64,000 bases of DNA, taken from contig CAZWPX010000016.1 in NCBI GenBank assembly GCA_964636125.1, forward strand, positions 987-64,986, given 5' to 3'. This DNA is from an uncultured Desulfobacterales bacterium (GTDB lineage: Bacteria; Desulfobacterota; Desulfobacteria; Desulfobacterales; CAJINA01). The notes beneath the pieces were generated by a model. The model was not told where the DNA came from. It was given only the letters and a program-made list of their open reading frames with translations, and did not search any database. Of this stretch, positions 28,903 through 39,092 are shown one piece after another (position 1 is the first letter of the stretch; every line of letters begins with the position of its first letter). A program made the translations under genes and the position numbers.

Positions 28903-30375
28903 ATAAAAAAAACTATTAGGTGCCGTGGTGGGGTATCTGCTGGCTGCAGGCATCTTTTTCATTCCCTCCGGCCGGAACGAACACACTCGCTATCGCTGGG
29001 AGAAGGAATACCGCGCGTCGTATGATTTCAGGCTGGCCACCGATGTGCAGTACGGTCCCCAGGCGCGCAAGCGTCCTTTTCACATGGTCGTCTCCGGAAC
29101 GCTGAACATGCGTGTTTTGGACCTGGGGGAAACGCATACGGTGGGATTTGCGCTTGGGCCGGTTCTGGTGACCGCCGATGGCGGGCCGGATGAATTGCTG
29201 CAGCAGCTTTTCGCAACCCCGTTTACCGTGGCAGTAGACACCGCGGGCCTATTTAAAGAGTTTCATTTTCCCGCAGCGCTTGCCCCCCAGGATCGCGAAA
29301 TGCTTGCAGGGCTGTTGCGGAGTATGGAGATGGTTATCCTGCCCGATCATCCCAGGAAACTGTACACCGTCAAACAGGAAGACGGGTTGGGAACATACAT
29401 TGCCACATATAGACATAAAAATACCATTTTCAAAAAGGAGAAGAAAAATTACCTCACCTCCCAGGCTACGCGCCCGGCTTCCATTAAACTTCCCTATAGC
29501 GTCACCATACGCGAGTCCCACTATTCGTTTCAACCGGACGCAGACGGTTGCTGGATTCACCAGCTGACAGGCGAAGAACGGCTATCGGTGCTGTTTGAGC
29601 ACAACCAGTTCAAAACGGCTTCCAAATCAAGCATTACATTGAGTAAGCTATCCAAACCGGTGGCGCACAGCATTTTATGGTCCGGCATCGGTCTGAATGA
29701 CTGGATTGCGTCGCCGGAAAATGCGTCGGGAGATCAGAAACGATCTGTCGAGGAACGCCGGGTGGACCAAAAATTAGACGATGAATTGAAGCGCTCCGGC
29801 CCGGATAAGGATAACTCAGAGCTGGTCACCACCCCGGTTCTGGTGAGCGGCATCATTGTAGATAACATCAGAGCCGAATACCCTGAAATTGCCGCAACAC
29901 TGAACCAGGAACTTGTGTCCCGGTTGGAGACATCCGAAAACAATAAGCAGGTTTCCTATCTGCTGCATGCCCTGGGCGACAGCCAGGACGAATCGAACGG
30001 AGAAGTCATTGCGGGTTTCATTGATTCCACCGATATGCGCGTACGGGAGAATGCTGCCGAGACTCTGGCCCGTTTCGACGACCCCGACATCAACAGCCTG
30101 TTGGTCGATCAATTGAAAACGGAAAGCGAAGATGTGATCAAAACGCAAATTTTAACAGCCTCACGGAACACACGCTCCAAACCGAGTATCTGCGGGTCAT
30201 CCAGGCGGAACTGTTAGCATCGGAAAGTCCGGACGTACGTCAGCAGGCGATCAAGGTATTGGCAATACACATAGAGACAGACAAAGTGGCCATAAAAGAG
30301 ACATTGAAAACAGCATTTCAAAAAGAAACCTCCCGGCTGAATCAGAAGCTTATCATTAGAGCCTACGCGAAGTAA
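28903..30375 (+). pseudogene. Secreted/anchored protein with beta-rich N-domain and HEAT repeats; start codon damaged and -1 frameshift near 30160
   Basis: In-frame KKLLGAVVGYLLAAGIFF is preceded by TAA within cat-A8; HEAT units (LHALGD; DMRVRENAAETLARF) continue in the -1 frame as LTEHTLQTEYLRVIQAELLASESPDVRQQAIKVL...AYAK to TAA 30375. Confidence 0.72.
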
Positions 30376-30521
30376 TCAATTTTTTACAGTCGCATTAAAG
30401 ACGCGGTTTTGGCGTGTATCGCCGCAAACTTCCGGCTGCCCGTTCCTTTGTTAAGGTAGTATTACAATATAACTGGCTGAAAATGTGTATAATTTGTATG
30501 TCGATCCGGCCGGCGCAAATG

Positions 30522-30550
30522 TTGACAATTATACTGACTTAGCATAGGGT
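30522..30550 (+). promoter_or_regulatory. Putative sigma70 promoter of the corrinoid/methyltransferase operon
   Basis: TTGACA-17 bp-TAGGGT. Confidence 0.45.
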
Positions 30551-30656
30551 GCAACTGTTTGACGCCAACCCGGGCATCGCTTACAGCCTTTTTTCTTTCC
30601 GCAATATACTGAAACAGCAGTTGTGCTGCAAACCGCGATCTTCGAGGAGAATACGG

Positions 30657-31289
30657 ATGACAGAGATACTGGCAAACCTGGCCAACTCACTGCCGGAGGG
30701 CGCCGCCGCCGCCACGTCCGATCTGGTTGAACGCGCTCTGGCGAAGGGGCTTTCGGCCCAGACAGTTTTGGACCAGGGACTCATTGCGGGTATGGATACA
30801 GTGGGCGCCCGATTCCAGGCCGGCGACATCTTCATACCCCACATGCTCCTGGCGGCCCGGGCCATGCAGGCGGCCATCACTATTCTCAAGCCGAGGCTGG
30901 TTGAAAGCGGTGCCGAACCTGCCGGCCGAATCGTCCTGGGAACGGTCAAGGGTGATCACCACGATATCGGTAAAAATCTCGCCCGGGTCATGTTTGAAGG
31001 CAAGGGATTTGCCGTCACCGATCTGGGCATCGACGTGACGCCGGAAGCATTTGTCGAGGCCGTGAGCGAAGAGATCCACATCGTTGCCATGAGCGCGCTG
31101 CTTTCCACGACCGCTCCGTTCATTGCCGAGACCATTGCCGCAATGGAAAAGGCGGGCGTTCGCGATACGGTTAAAATCATCATCGGTGGAGGTGTCGTCA
31201 CCCAGTCCCTGGCTGACGAATGCGGGGCCGATGCCTACGGAGCGGATGCCGCCAGCGGTGCGGTACGGGCACTTGAACTGATGACCTGA
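30657..31289 (+). CDS. Methyltransferase corrinoid (B12-binding) protein, MtaC/MtbC-like
   Basis: GLIAGMDTVG.RF..GDIFIP cap domain; GTVKGDHHDIGKN (DxHxxG), SALL.TT, IIGGG; GAGGAG RBS. Confidence 0.93.
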   Translation: MTEILANLANSLPEGAAAATSDLVERALAKGLSAQTVLDQGLIAGMDTVGARFQAGDIFIPHMLLAARAMQAAITILKPRLVESGAEPAGRIVLGTVKGDHHDIGKNLARVMFEGKGFAVTDLGIDVTPEAFVEAVSEEIHIVAMSALLSTTAPFIAETIAAMEKAGVRDTVKIIIGGGVVTQSLADECGADAYGADAASGAVRALELMT

Positions 31290-31352
31290 GTCGGAATGAC
31301 ACTAAAAGCGCACCGATCCCTCAATTAGACAATTTTTGAATAGGAGACCCGC

Positions 31353-32456
31353 ATGAACGGTCGCGAGAGAATCCTGACTGCCTTGAGCCTCGAGGAGCCC
31401 GACCGGGTTCCCCTTTACATCCACGGCATCAATGAAAAACCGATCATTCACATTGCCGGTGAGTTCATGGAGGGGTTGCCGGATCCCGACAAGACGTTTT
31501 ACGACATGACTGACGGCGAGAAGGTGCAGATGCTGGAAGCCCTTTTTGTGGTCCACGAGCAGCACGACATCGACGGATTCACGGCCCTGGAGTTCGGCCA
31601 TGAGGAGCGCATCGGTCCGGAAGAGGTCCAGGATGCCTGGGGTGTGGTGTATCAGCTCAACCCCTTCGGCCTGCCGGTGGCCAAGCACCACCCTGTTCAG
31701 GACAAAGCGGCCCTGAGCTGTTTTCGGCCGCCGGCGCCCAGCCCGGACAACCTGCTGCTGCTCATGGCGGCCCGTGACCGCTTTGGTCCGTCCAAAGCCA
31801 TCTTCTGGATGATGCGCGGGACATTCGTGTTGAGTTGGCGCCTGGCAGGGATGGAAAACCTCATGCTGAAGATGTTTGACGACCCGGAATTCGTTCACGC
31901 GCTGGCCCGGATGACCTTTGAATACAACGTCCAGCTGCTGGATATGCTGGTCTCTGCCGGCCTGGATGTTCTGATTATCGAAGACGATATTGCGGACAAG
32001 AATTTTCCGTTGATTTCACCTGATCAGTTCAAAGAATTTATCAATCCCTACAATCGGCGCCTGGTAGAGTTGGGACACACCAAAGGACTCAAGGTGATTC
32101 GCCACAGCGATGGAAATCTGTGGCCACTGCTGGATATCCTGATCAATTCCGGATACGACGGCCTGAATCCGCTGGAACCCCAGGCCGGTATGGATCTTAA
32201 ACGGGTCAAGGACTATTGCGGCAACCGGCTCTGTCTGCTGGGCAACATCGACTGCGTTGATCTGCTGCCCAACGGCACGGCCCGACAGGTGGAAGCGGCC
32301 GTCAGAAAAGCCATTACGGATGCCGGGCAGGGCGGTGGATTGATCATCTGTTCGTCGAACTCCCTGCACCCCGGGGTAAACCCGGAAAACTGTATCGCCA
32401 TGTTCAACGCCACCAAACAATTCGGCCGGTATCCGCTTGCCAGGTTTTCAGACTGA
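31353..32456 (+). CDS. Uroporphyrinogen decarboxylase superfamily protein, MtaA/CmuA-like methylcobamide methyltransferase
   Basis: MNGRERILTAL..EEPDRVP, DAWGV, EDDIA, ISP..FKEF, HSDG, GNID, GGGLIICSSN; follows the corrinoid gene. Confidence 0.88.
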   Translation: MNGRERILTALSLEEPDRVPLYIHGINEKPIIHIAGEFMEGLPDPDKTFYDMTDGEKVQMLEALFVVHEQHDIDGFTALEFGHEERIGPEEVQDAWGVVYQLNPFGLPVAKHHPVQDKAALSCFRPPAPSPDNLLLLMAARDRFGPSKAIFWMMRGTFVLSWRLAGMENLMLKMFDDPEFVHALARMTFEYNVQLLDMLVSAGLDVLIIEDDIADKNFPLISPDQFKEFINPYNRRLVELGHTKGLKVIRHSDGNLWPLLDILINSGYDGLNPLEPQAGMDLKRVKDYCGNRLCLLGNIDCVDLLPNGTARQVEAAVRKAITDAGQGGGLIICSSNSLHPGVNPENCIAMFNATKQFGRYPLARFSD

Positions 32457-32547
32457 AGACTGAAGGTAAAAGCGCTAAAAGAGCCGCATAGTGCCGGGCT
32501 TGAACGATTTATCTGAGCCAGGATTCTTAACTCTATAAAGAGGTCTT

Positions 32548-33837
32548 ATGAGCGAATCTTCAGCTGCCGGACCCTCCGCACGCTATGTGCGTTATGTCTT
32601 TTCCCTTTTGTTCCTGCTCTACATGTTTGACTATATCGATCGTCTGGTGATTGTCAGCCTTTTTCCTTACATCAAGCAGGACTGGGGGCTCAGCGATGCC
32701 CAGCTGGGACTTCTGGTTTCAGCAGTTTACTGGTCGATATTGGTTTTTACTTTGCCCATATCGATTCTCATCGACCGCTGGAGCCGAAAGCATTGCATCG
32801 GTTGTATGGCGATTATCTGGAGCCTTGCGACCATCGCCTGCGCTTTTACACGCAATTTCGGGCAGCTTTTCACTGCCCGGGTGGTCATCGGGGCTGGCGA
32901 AGCGGGGTATGCCCCGGGGGGGACGGCCATGATATCGGCGCTGTACCCCAAGGAAAAGCGGGCCCGGATGCTGGGTATCTGGAATGCCTCGATTCCACTG
33001 GGAAGTGCCATTGGCGTTGCCCTGGGAGGTTTTGTAGCGCAACACTATGGCTGGCAGCACGCCTTCGGGTTGGTGGCACTGCCCGGCATGGTAGTGGCGC
33101 TGCTGTTTTTCGGTGTGCGTGACTACGAAACGGTTGCATTGGTCACAAAAGAGGCGCCGGGAGTGTCACATCCCGGCCGGGCTATGGCCTGGGCTGACAT
33201 TGTACGGGAGTTTACACACAAACCCGCACTGATTCTCAACAACCTGGCCATGGCCGGCTGCGTCTTTGTCACCACGTCCCTGCTCACCTGGCTGCCCACC
33301 TACTTTCACAGGATTGAAGGCCTGGATACGACCAAAGCCGGGCTGAAAGGCAGTGCGGTTATGCTGCTGGCCATTGTCGGGGCACCGTTGGGCGGTTACC
33401 TGACCGACCGCTGGTACCAAAGAAACAAGCGCGCCCGCCTGCTTTTTCCCGCCCTTTCCTCCCTGGTGACCGGGTTGTTGCTGTTCGTCACTTTCGGGCT
33501 GTTGCAAGGCGTGCCCCAGTATATCGCCCTGCTGGCCTGTGGCATTGCCGCCACGGGCTTTGTATCAGCGGCCGTGGCCGTGACCCAGGATCTGGTCCAT
33601 CCCGGCCTGCGGGCCGTGTCGCTCAGCCTCAATATCATCATCCAGCATGTCTTCGGGAGTTCCCTGGGACCACCCATCATCGGGGCCCTGTCGGACCGGA
33701 TGGGGCTGCCGAACGCCATGCTTTTCATTCCGGTCTTTGCACTTGTCGCGGCGTTGCTGTTTCTGGCCGGGTCTTTCTTTTACACCCGTGACCTGGCAAA
33801 GGTCACCCGGATGGATGTGCAAATGAAAACTGATTAG
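32548..33837 (+). CDS. MFS transporter (spinster-like)
   Basis: FDYIDR, DRWSRK, ARVVIGAGEAGYAP, multiple TM segments. Confidence 0.92.
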   Translation: MSESSAAGPSARYVRYVFSLLFLLYMFDYIDRLVIVSLFPYIKQDWGLSDAQLGLLVSAVYWSILVFTLPISILIDRWSRKHCIGCMAIIWSLATIACAFTRNFGQLFTARVVIGAGEAGYAPGGTAMISALYPKEKRARMLGIWNASIPLGSAIGVALGGFVAQHYGWQHAFGLVALPGMVVALLFFGVRDYETVALVTKEAPGVSHPGRAMAWADIVREFTHKPALILNNLAMAGCVFVTTSLLTWLPTYFHRIEGLDTTKAGLKGSAVMLLAIVGAPLGGYLTDRWYQRNKRARLLFPALSSLVTGLLLFVTFGLLQGVPQYIALLACGIAATGFVSAAVAVTQDLVHPGLRAVSLSLNIIIQHVFGSSLGPPIIGALSDRMGLPNAMLFIPVFALVAALLFLAGSFFYTRDLAKVTRMDVQMKTD

Positions 33838-33981
33838 AAGCCATCTCAAAAAAGTCTTTTGGCCCAAACTCGGTGTTGGGCGCTCATATCAAATCCTCGA
33901 AATACCTGATGTATTCCTCCGGGTTGATACTCGCGGCCGCTCTGATTTTGAACCAAAATCCGTTTTTTGAAACAGCTTCTA
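33835..33981. repeat. ~150 bp imperfect palindromic element, copy B
   Basis: tagaagccatctcaaaaaa ... ttttttgaaacagcttcta; core atcctcgaaatac-ctgat-gtattcctccgggtt; its ends are the TAG stops of both convergent genes. Confidence 0.85.
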
Positions 33982-35160
33982 GAACAGGGCGTCCACAAAG
34001 CGTTCTGGATCGAACGCCTGGAGGTCATCGATTTGTTCCCCGACGCCGATATATTTCAGCGGGATCTTCAAGGTGCTGCAGATCGCAACCACGATGCCAC
34101 CCTTGGCTGTACCGTCCAGCTTTGTCAGTGCCAGGCCGGTTATGTCCATCGCCTCGTTGAACAGTTTGGCCTGGGAAAGCGCGTTCTGACCGGTAGTGGC
34201 GTCTAAAACCAGGAGCGTTTCGTGTGGCGCACCATCCAGTTTTTTGGATACCGACCGCTTGATCTTCTTTAACTCCTCCATGAGGTTGACTTTCGTGTGC
34301 AGTCGGCCCGCGGTGTCAATGATAACCTGGTCGGATCCCCTGGCGATGGCGGCTTCAACACTGTCAAAGGCCACTGCCGCTGGATCGGAGTTCTCCCTGT
34401 GCTTGACAATATCCGCATCGGCGCGCTCAGCCCAGATGGTGAGCTGTTCAATGGCGGCTGCCCGGAACGTGTCCGCGGCGGCAATGAGGATTTTTTGGCC
34501 GGCGGCATTGGCCTTGGCGGCCAGTTTGCCGATGGTCGTGGTTTTGCCCACGCCGTTGACCCCGATGACCATGGTGACATACGGTTTTTCAACCGATGCC
34601 TCTTCAGTGGAAGCCTCAACATCCAACAGGGCGCGGATCTCGTTCTTTAAGATCTCCTTGAGGTCTTCCGGCCCTGAAATCCGGGGCGCATTCTTGCGGA
34701 GCCGTTCAATGATACCCATGGTGGTTTGAACACCGAGATCGGCCGTGATCAGCAGCTCTTCAAGGTCCTCAAGCATTTCATCATCGACTTTGACTTTGCC
34801 GGTGAAAAGTTCATCTATATCCGTGGTCAGCACCTTCCGGGTCTTGGCAAGGCCGTTCTTCAGGCGTTTGAAAAAGCCACCGGGTTTCTTCTCCCCGGTC
34901 TCTTCGACTGCAGGGCTATCTTCAGGTTCTTGGTCATCCGCAGCGGACACGGGAACCTCCACCTCCGGTGGGATGGTGTCTGCGGCAGGGTTCTGGTCAC
35001 TTTCCGGATCTACCGGGAGTACCTTCTCCGTTGTCGCAGTCTCTGTCTCTGCAGCTGCCTGTACGGGCAGTTCTTCTGTGCCCTGTTCTTTTGCGGCCTG
35101 TTTATCTGAAGGCTGGTTCTCTGCTTCCGCGCCCTTCTTTTTAAACCATCCAAATGCCAT
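33979..35160 (-). CDS. ftsY: Signal recognition particle receptor FtsY
   Basis: Acidic N-domain, GVNGVGKTTTIGKLA, DTFRAAA, DTAGR, TKLDGTAKGG. Confidence 0.97.
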   Translation of the reverse strand: MAFGWFKKKGAEAENQPSDKQAAKEQGTEELPVQAAAETETATTEKVLPVDPESDQNPAADTIPPEVEVPVSAADDQEPEDSPAVEETGEKKPGGFFKRLKNGLAKTRKVLTTDIDELFTGKVKVDDEMLEDLEELLITADLGVQTTMGIIERLRKNAPRISGPEDLKEILKNEIRALLDVEASTEEASVEKPYVTMVIGVNGVGKTTTIGKLAAKANAAGQKILIAAADTFRAAAIEQLTIWAERADADIVKHRENSDPAAVAFDSVEAAIARGSDQVIIDTAGRLHTKVNLMEELKKIKRSVSKKLDGAPHETLLVLDATTGQNALSQAKLFNEAMDITGLALTKLDGTAKGGIVVAICSTLKIPLKYIGVGEQIDDLQAFDPERFVDALF

Positions 35161-35260
35161 GATATGCCTTTTTCCAAGCTTTAAAAACCCGGCCCTCAGG
35201 GCCAAGCCTGTCCCGCTTCGCGGGGATCAGAGATATATGGTTTTACAGTGAAAACTGATA

Positions 35261-35291
35261 CAAGTGCCTAAAATGAACTAAAGTTTGAAGT
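35261..35291 (+). repeat. 9-mer periodic repeat family (AAGTGCCTA/AAGTGAACT), copy 1
   Basis: caagtgcctaaaatgaactaaagtttgaagt; near-identical to 39320 and 47331. Confidence 0.7.
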
Positions 35292-35321
35292 CGGTTTTCC
35301 TTTTCGGAAACTCAGCGGATA

Positions 35322-38300
35322 CTATTGATTGGCGGCTACGTCAAGCTTAGAATCATCCGGGGCGGGCTGATTGTCCGGGCGGTCGAAATTTACCGAGACG
35401 AGTTTTGAGATGCCCTTTTTCTCCATGGTAATACCAAAAAGGGTATCTGCAAATTCCATGCTGTGCTTGTTGTGCGTGATCATGATGATCTGAGATTTAG
35501 CGCCAATCAACTTCAAAAGATCATTGAAGCGATAGACGTTGGCATCATCCAGCGGGGCGTCGATCTCATCCATCAGGCAAAAAGAGGCTGGTTTCAGCAG
35601 GAAGATGGAAAAAATGAAAGCAATCGCCGAAAGGGCTTTTTCACCACCCGAAAGCAAGCTCATACGGGTCAGTTTTTTTCCGGGTGGCTGGATCATGAAC
35701 TCGACTCCGGTTTCGAGGGGGTTGCCGGGTTCCGTCATAATTAATTTGGCCGAGCCGCCCTCAAACAGACGGGGAAAGATTTCTTTGATTTTTTCATTGA
35801 CCGCGTTAAAGGTGGCCAGAAATTTTTCCTGGGTAATGCGATTAATTTTCCGGATCACACGATGCAGATCGTCGATGGCCTTTAACAGATCATCCCGCTG
35901 TTCAATGAGAAAGTCCTGGCGGTCTTTCAGCTGATCGTACTCCCGGATTGCCCCGAGATTGACATCCGTGATGCTGGCAATTCTTTTTCGGCATTTTTCG
36001 AGTTCGGTTTCTTTCTGCTTGACGGTCTGCCCGGGGTCTTCCGGGTCTTGCTCTACTTGAGCATCAATTTCCTGCTGCAACACCTGCATGGTTTTATGAT
36101 ACCGCTCGATCAACCGGTTCTCAAGGTTTTCGCACTGCATTTTTTGCTGGGACAGGTCGAGTTCCACCAGCCTGATTTTCTGATTGGCAGCCTCTCTTTT
36201 GCTGATCAATTGTGAAGCGGCCTGATCATTTTCACGCAGCTGTGTATCGATCGAGTTGAAATCGTGCTCATTGTCCTCCAGGACTGTATCCAGTTTCTTT
36301 ACGTTTGCATACAGAGTTTGCAGGACTGTTTCACCCTCGTCGATTCGAAATTTCGAATCGGAGGTTTTCCTTATTTTCCGGGTGATCTCCACCTGGAGTT
36401 GTTCTTTCCGGGTCAGGCCGTCCGACCGGAATTCATTTAGGCGGCGCAGGGTGTTGTTGCTGTTTTCCAGGCCTGCATTGGATGCGGTCAGCTTCATTTT
36501 CAAGTCAATGATATGCTGGTTGAAGCTTTCCAGTTTGTTCTTCAGCGCTTCGATCTTTCCAGTGGTGATCGTCACATTTTCCTGGGCGGATGTGATCTGG
36601 GCACCGATTTTTTCGATAGCCTGCTTGGTTCGGGCCATCTCGGCATCGGTGTCATCCGCTTCGCCCAGGATCTGATCCTGTTCCAGTTGAACAACTTCAA
36701 GGTGGCGCCGGGCATGCTTCAGGTCTTCGGTGACTTTGTACAGCTCTTTCTCGGCTTCGATTTCATCCTGGATCTGTTCACTGCGTTCCTCAAAGAGTTG
36801 CTGCAGTTCGATTTCCATTGCCCGGGCTTGCGCTTCCAGTTCAGCCTGGATGGCATGGCCCGTTTCAAGATCTTTAACTACCGTTTGAATCGTTTTCGCG
36901 AGGTTTTTGATTTCTGATTTTTTGGCCAGAATACCGGCCAGCTTATCCTTGCTGCCGCCGACGATGATCCCCCGGTCGGTGATCAAATCGCCCTGGCGGG
37001 TGACAACGGCACAAGCACCCCCGGTTTTTTCGCGCAATGCCAGGGCCCCGGCCATGTCCGCAGCGACCAGAACCCGGCCCAGCAGTTCACTGGTCAATTT
37101 CGTGTAGCCCGGCCGGGCGGTGACATAACTGGCGAGGCAGTCCCGGGAATCAACGCCGTTTTCCGGAAGCTGGGATTGGCGGATATCAGCAACCGGGATG
37201 AAACCGCTGCGGCCTGCACCCTGGGAACGCAAAAATTCAATGGCGTTCAAGCCGGACGGTGTGTCTTGCACCAGGACATACTGCAAGGATTCTCCCAGTA
37301 CCGCTTCAACTGCAATTTCATACTCAGGCTGGACTTCAAGCATGTCCGCCATCAGGCCCAGGATGTCCGCTTCAAGGCGGGTGGTCTCCTCCGGGTTTGT
37401 CGGGTTGTCTGCGGATGGCCCGGCCTGATGCGCCTGCATAACCGCGCGGACGCCGTCTTTATACCACTCGAAGCTCTCTTCCATCTTTTTTAACGTGGCG
37501 TGTTGAGAGCGGGCCCTGTTTTTCTCGAGTTCAAGTGTCTGAACGTGCTTTACCTGTATAACCAGGGCGCTGTTTTTTTCCTTGAGCTTTCCCTGGGCTT
37601 CATCCACCCGGTTGTTCAGGGCGCCTATATCCCGTTTAATCAGGGCCAGCGTTTCATCGTTGCGTGCTTTCTTTTTCTCCAGGGCCGACAGGGCCTGTTG
37701 GGCAAGGGCTTCTTCTTCGCCGATGCGCTTGAGCCTTCGTGCCAGGTTCTCCCGGTTGCGGGTGGAATTTTGCGAGATGTTTTTCAACCGGGCTTCCTGG
37801 GTGACGTGCTCCATAAGTTCGGTTTTGGCTATTTCAAGGGCGCGGTCCAGCGCCTGCTGCCGGCCGGTAAGTCCCCGGGAAGCGGAGAGTTCTTTTTCTA
37901 AGGCCGTATTGATATCTGCAATCCGGTCTGAAAAGTCCCGGTTCTGACTTTCAATCTGTTCGATTTCACTGACAAGTTTGACGTTTTTGGCATCCAGATC
38001 TTCGCCTGCTGATTCGAGTTCAGTCACTTCAGTGCTAAGTCGCTGGATATCGCTGCGCAGGTGGGCCAGGTCATTCTCCAGACGGTCAATGGCTCGCTGG
38101 TCATTGTACTTGAGGGCTTTTTGTTCCGAAATCTTCTGTCGTTTCTTCTCCCTGCGAAACTTGATCTCTTCAACAGCCGCATCGATTTTCCTCAGTTCCG
38201 CGGAGTGTTCCAGATCGGTGTCGTTCAGTTCTTTGAGCAGGCGTTCCAGTTCCGAAATCTTGTGCGTGTAATCGGTATGGTATCCGCAGGACAACGTGAC

Positions 38301-38987
38301 ATCCAGCGTGCGGATACGTGTTTTGAACTTATTGTACAATTCGGCTTTGCGAGCCTGGCGCTTCAGACTGGCCATCTGGCGGCTGATTTCAGAAGTGATG
38401 TCAGTCAGTCTCAGCAGGTTCTGCTGGGTGGAAGCGACCTTGCGGAGTGCTTCTGTTTTGCGGGCTTTGTAGCGGGTGACCCCGGAGGCTTCCTCGATGA
38501 AGGCCCGGCGTTCATCCGGCCCGGCATCCGTGATCGCGCCGATGTTGCCCTGCTGTATGACCGCATAAGATCTGGCGCCCATGCCGCTGCCCACAAAAAT
38601 GTTGTAGATGTCTTTCAAGCGACAGGGCTGTTTGTTGATATAGTAAACCCTTTCACCGGAGCGATAGACACGCCGGGTGATCATGATTTCTGTGAAATCT
38701 CTGAATTCTTCCGGCCCGGAGCCGCTTTCATTGGAAAGGGTTAAAGAGACTTCGGCCATGTTGAGTGAAGGGATGCCGGTGGTGCCTGAGAAAATAACAT
38801 CCTGCATGGACTTGCCGCGCAGCTGTTTGGCGCTCTGTTCCCCCATGACCCACCGGAGGGCATCCACGACATTGCTTTTCCCGCAGCCATTGGGTCCGAC
38901 AATTGCGGAAATACCGTGGGGGAATTTTATAACCGATCTTTCGTGGAAAGATTTAAAACCTGTGATTTCCAGCTTTTTAAGCCGCAT
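35322..38987 (-). CDS. smc: Chromosome segregation protein SMC
   Basis: GFKSF, GPNGCGKSN, coiled coils, hinge, LSGGEK, DEIDAPLD. Confidence 0.98.
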   Translation of the reverse strand: MRLKKLEITGFKSFHERSVIKFPHGISAIVGPNGCGKSNVVDALRWVMGEQSAKQLRGKSMQDVIFSGTTGIPSLNMAEVSLTLSNESGSGPEEFRDFTEIMITRRVYRSGERVYYINKQPCRLKDIYNIFVGSGMGARSYAVIQQGNIGAITDAGPDERRAFIEEASGVTRYKARKTEALRKVASTQQNLLRLTDITSEISRQMASLKRQARKAELYNKFKTRIRTLDVTLSCGYHTDYTHKISELERLLKELNDTDLEHSAELRKIDAAVEEIKFRREKKRQKISEQKALKYNDQRAIDRLENDLAHLRSDIQRLSTEVTELESAGEDLDAKNVKLVSEIEQIESQNRDFSDRIADINTALEKELSASRGLTGRQQALDRALEIAKTELMEHVTQEARLKNISQNSTRNRENLARRLKRIGEEEALAQQALSALEKKKARNDETLALIKRDIGALNNRVDEAQGKLKEKNSALVIQVKHVQTLELEKNRARSQHATLKKMEESFEWYKDGVRAVMQAHQAGPSADNPTNPEETTRLEADILGLMADMLEVQPEYEIAVEAVLGESLQYVLVQDTPSGLNAIEFLRSQGAGRSGFIPVADIRQSQLPENGVDSRDCLASYVTARPGYTKLTSELLGRVLVAADMAGALALREKTGGACAVVTRQGDLITDRGIIVGGSKDKLAGILAKKSEIKNLAKTIQTVVKDLETGHAIQAELEAQARAMEIELQQLFEERSEQIQDEIEAEKELYKVTEDLKHARRHLEVVQLEQDQILGEADDTDAEMARTKQAIEKIGAQITSAQENVTITTGKIEALKNKLESFNQHIIDLKMKLTASNAGLENSNNTLRRLNEFRSDGLTRKEQLQVEITRKIRKTSDSKFRIDEGETVLQTLYANVKKLDTVLEDNEHDFNSIDTQLRENDQAASQLISKREAANQKIRLVELDLSQQKMQCENLENRLIERYHKTMQVLQQEIDAQVEQDPEDPGQTVKQKETELEKCRKRIASITDVNLGAIREYDQLKDRQDFLIEQRDDLLKAIDDLHRVIRKINRITQEKFLATFNAVNEKIKEIFPRLFEGGSAKLIMTEPGNPLETGVEFMIQPPGKKLTRMSLLSGGEKALSAIAFIFSIFLLKPASFCLMDEIDAPLDDANVYRFNDLLKLIGAKSQIIMITHNKHSMEFADTLFGITMEKKGISKLVSVNFDRPDNQPAPDDSKLDVAANQ

Positions 38988-39092
38988 ATGAAAGTGTGAA
39001 CATCCTTTTGGGTTGGTTCTGGAAGCTACCTTGATTTACCTGGTAACAGTGGGCCAAGGTATACCAGATAGCCGGGGGGATGTAAAGTGAAA

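Noticed and set aside
30410..30428. Possible sigma54 promoter upstream of the corrinoid operon
   Set aside because: GG to GC spacing is off by one base, and a sigma70-like promoter explains the region better
31287..31352. Stop-codon recoding (Sec/Pyl) in the corrinoid methyltransferase genes
   Set aside because: Both proteins are full-length at their stops; there is no in-frame internal TAG or TGA
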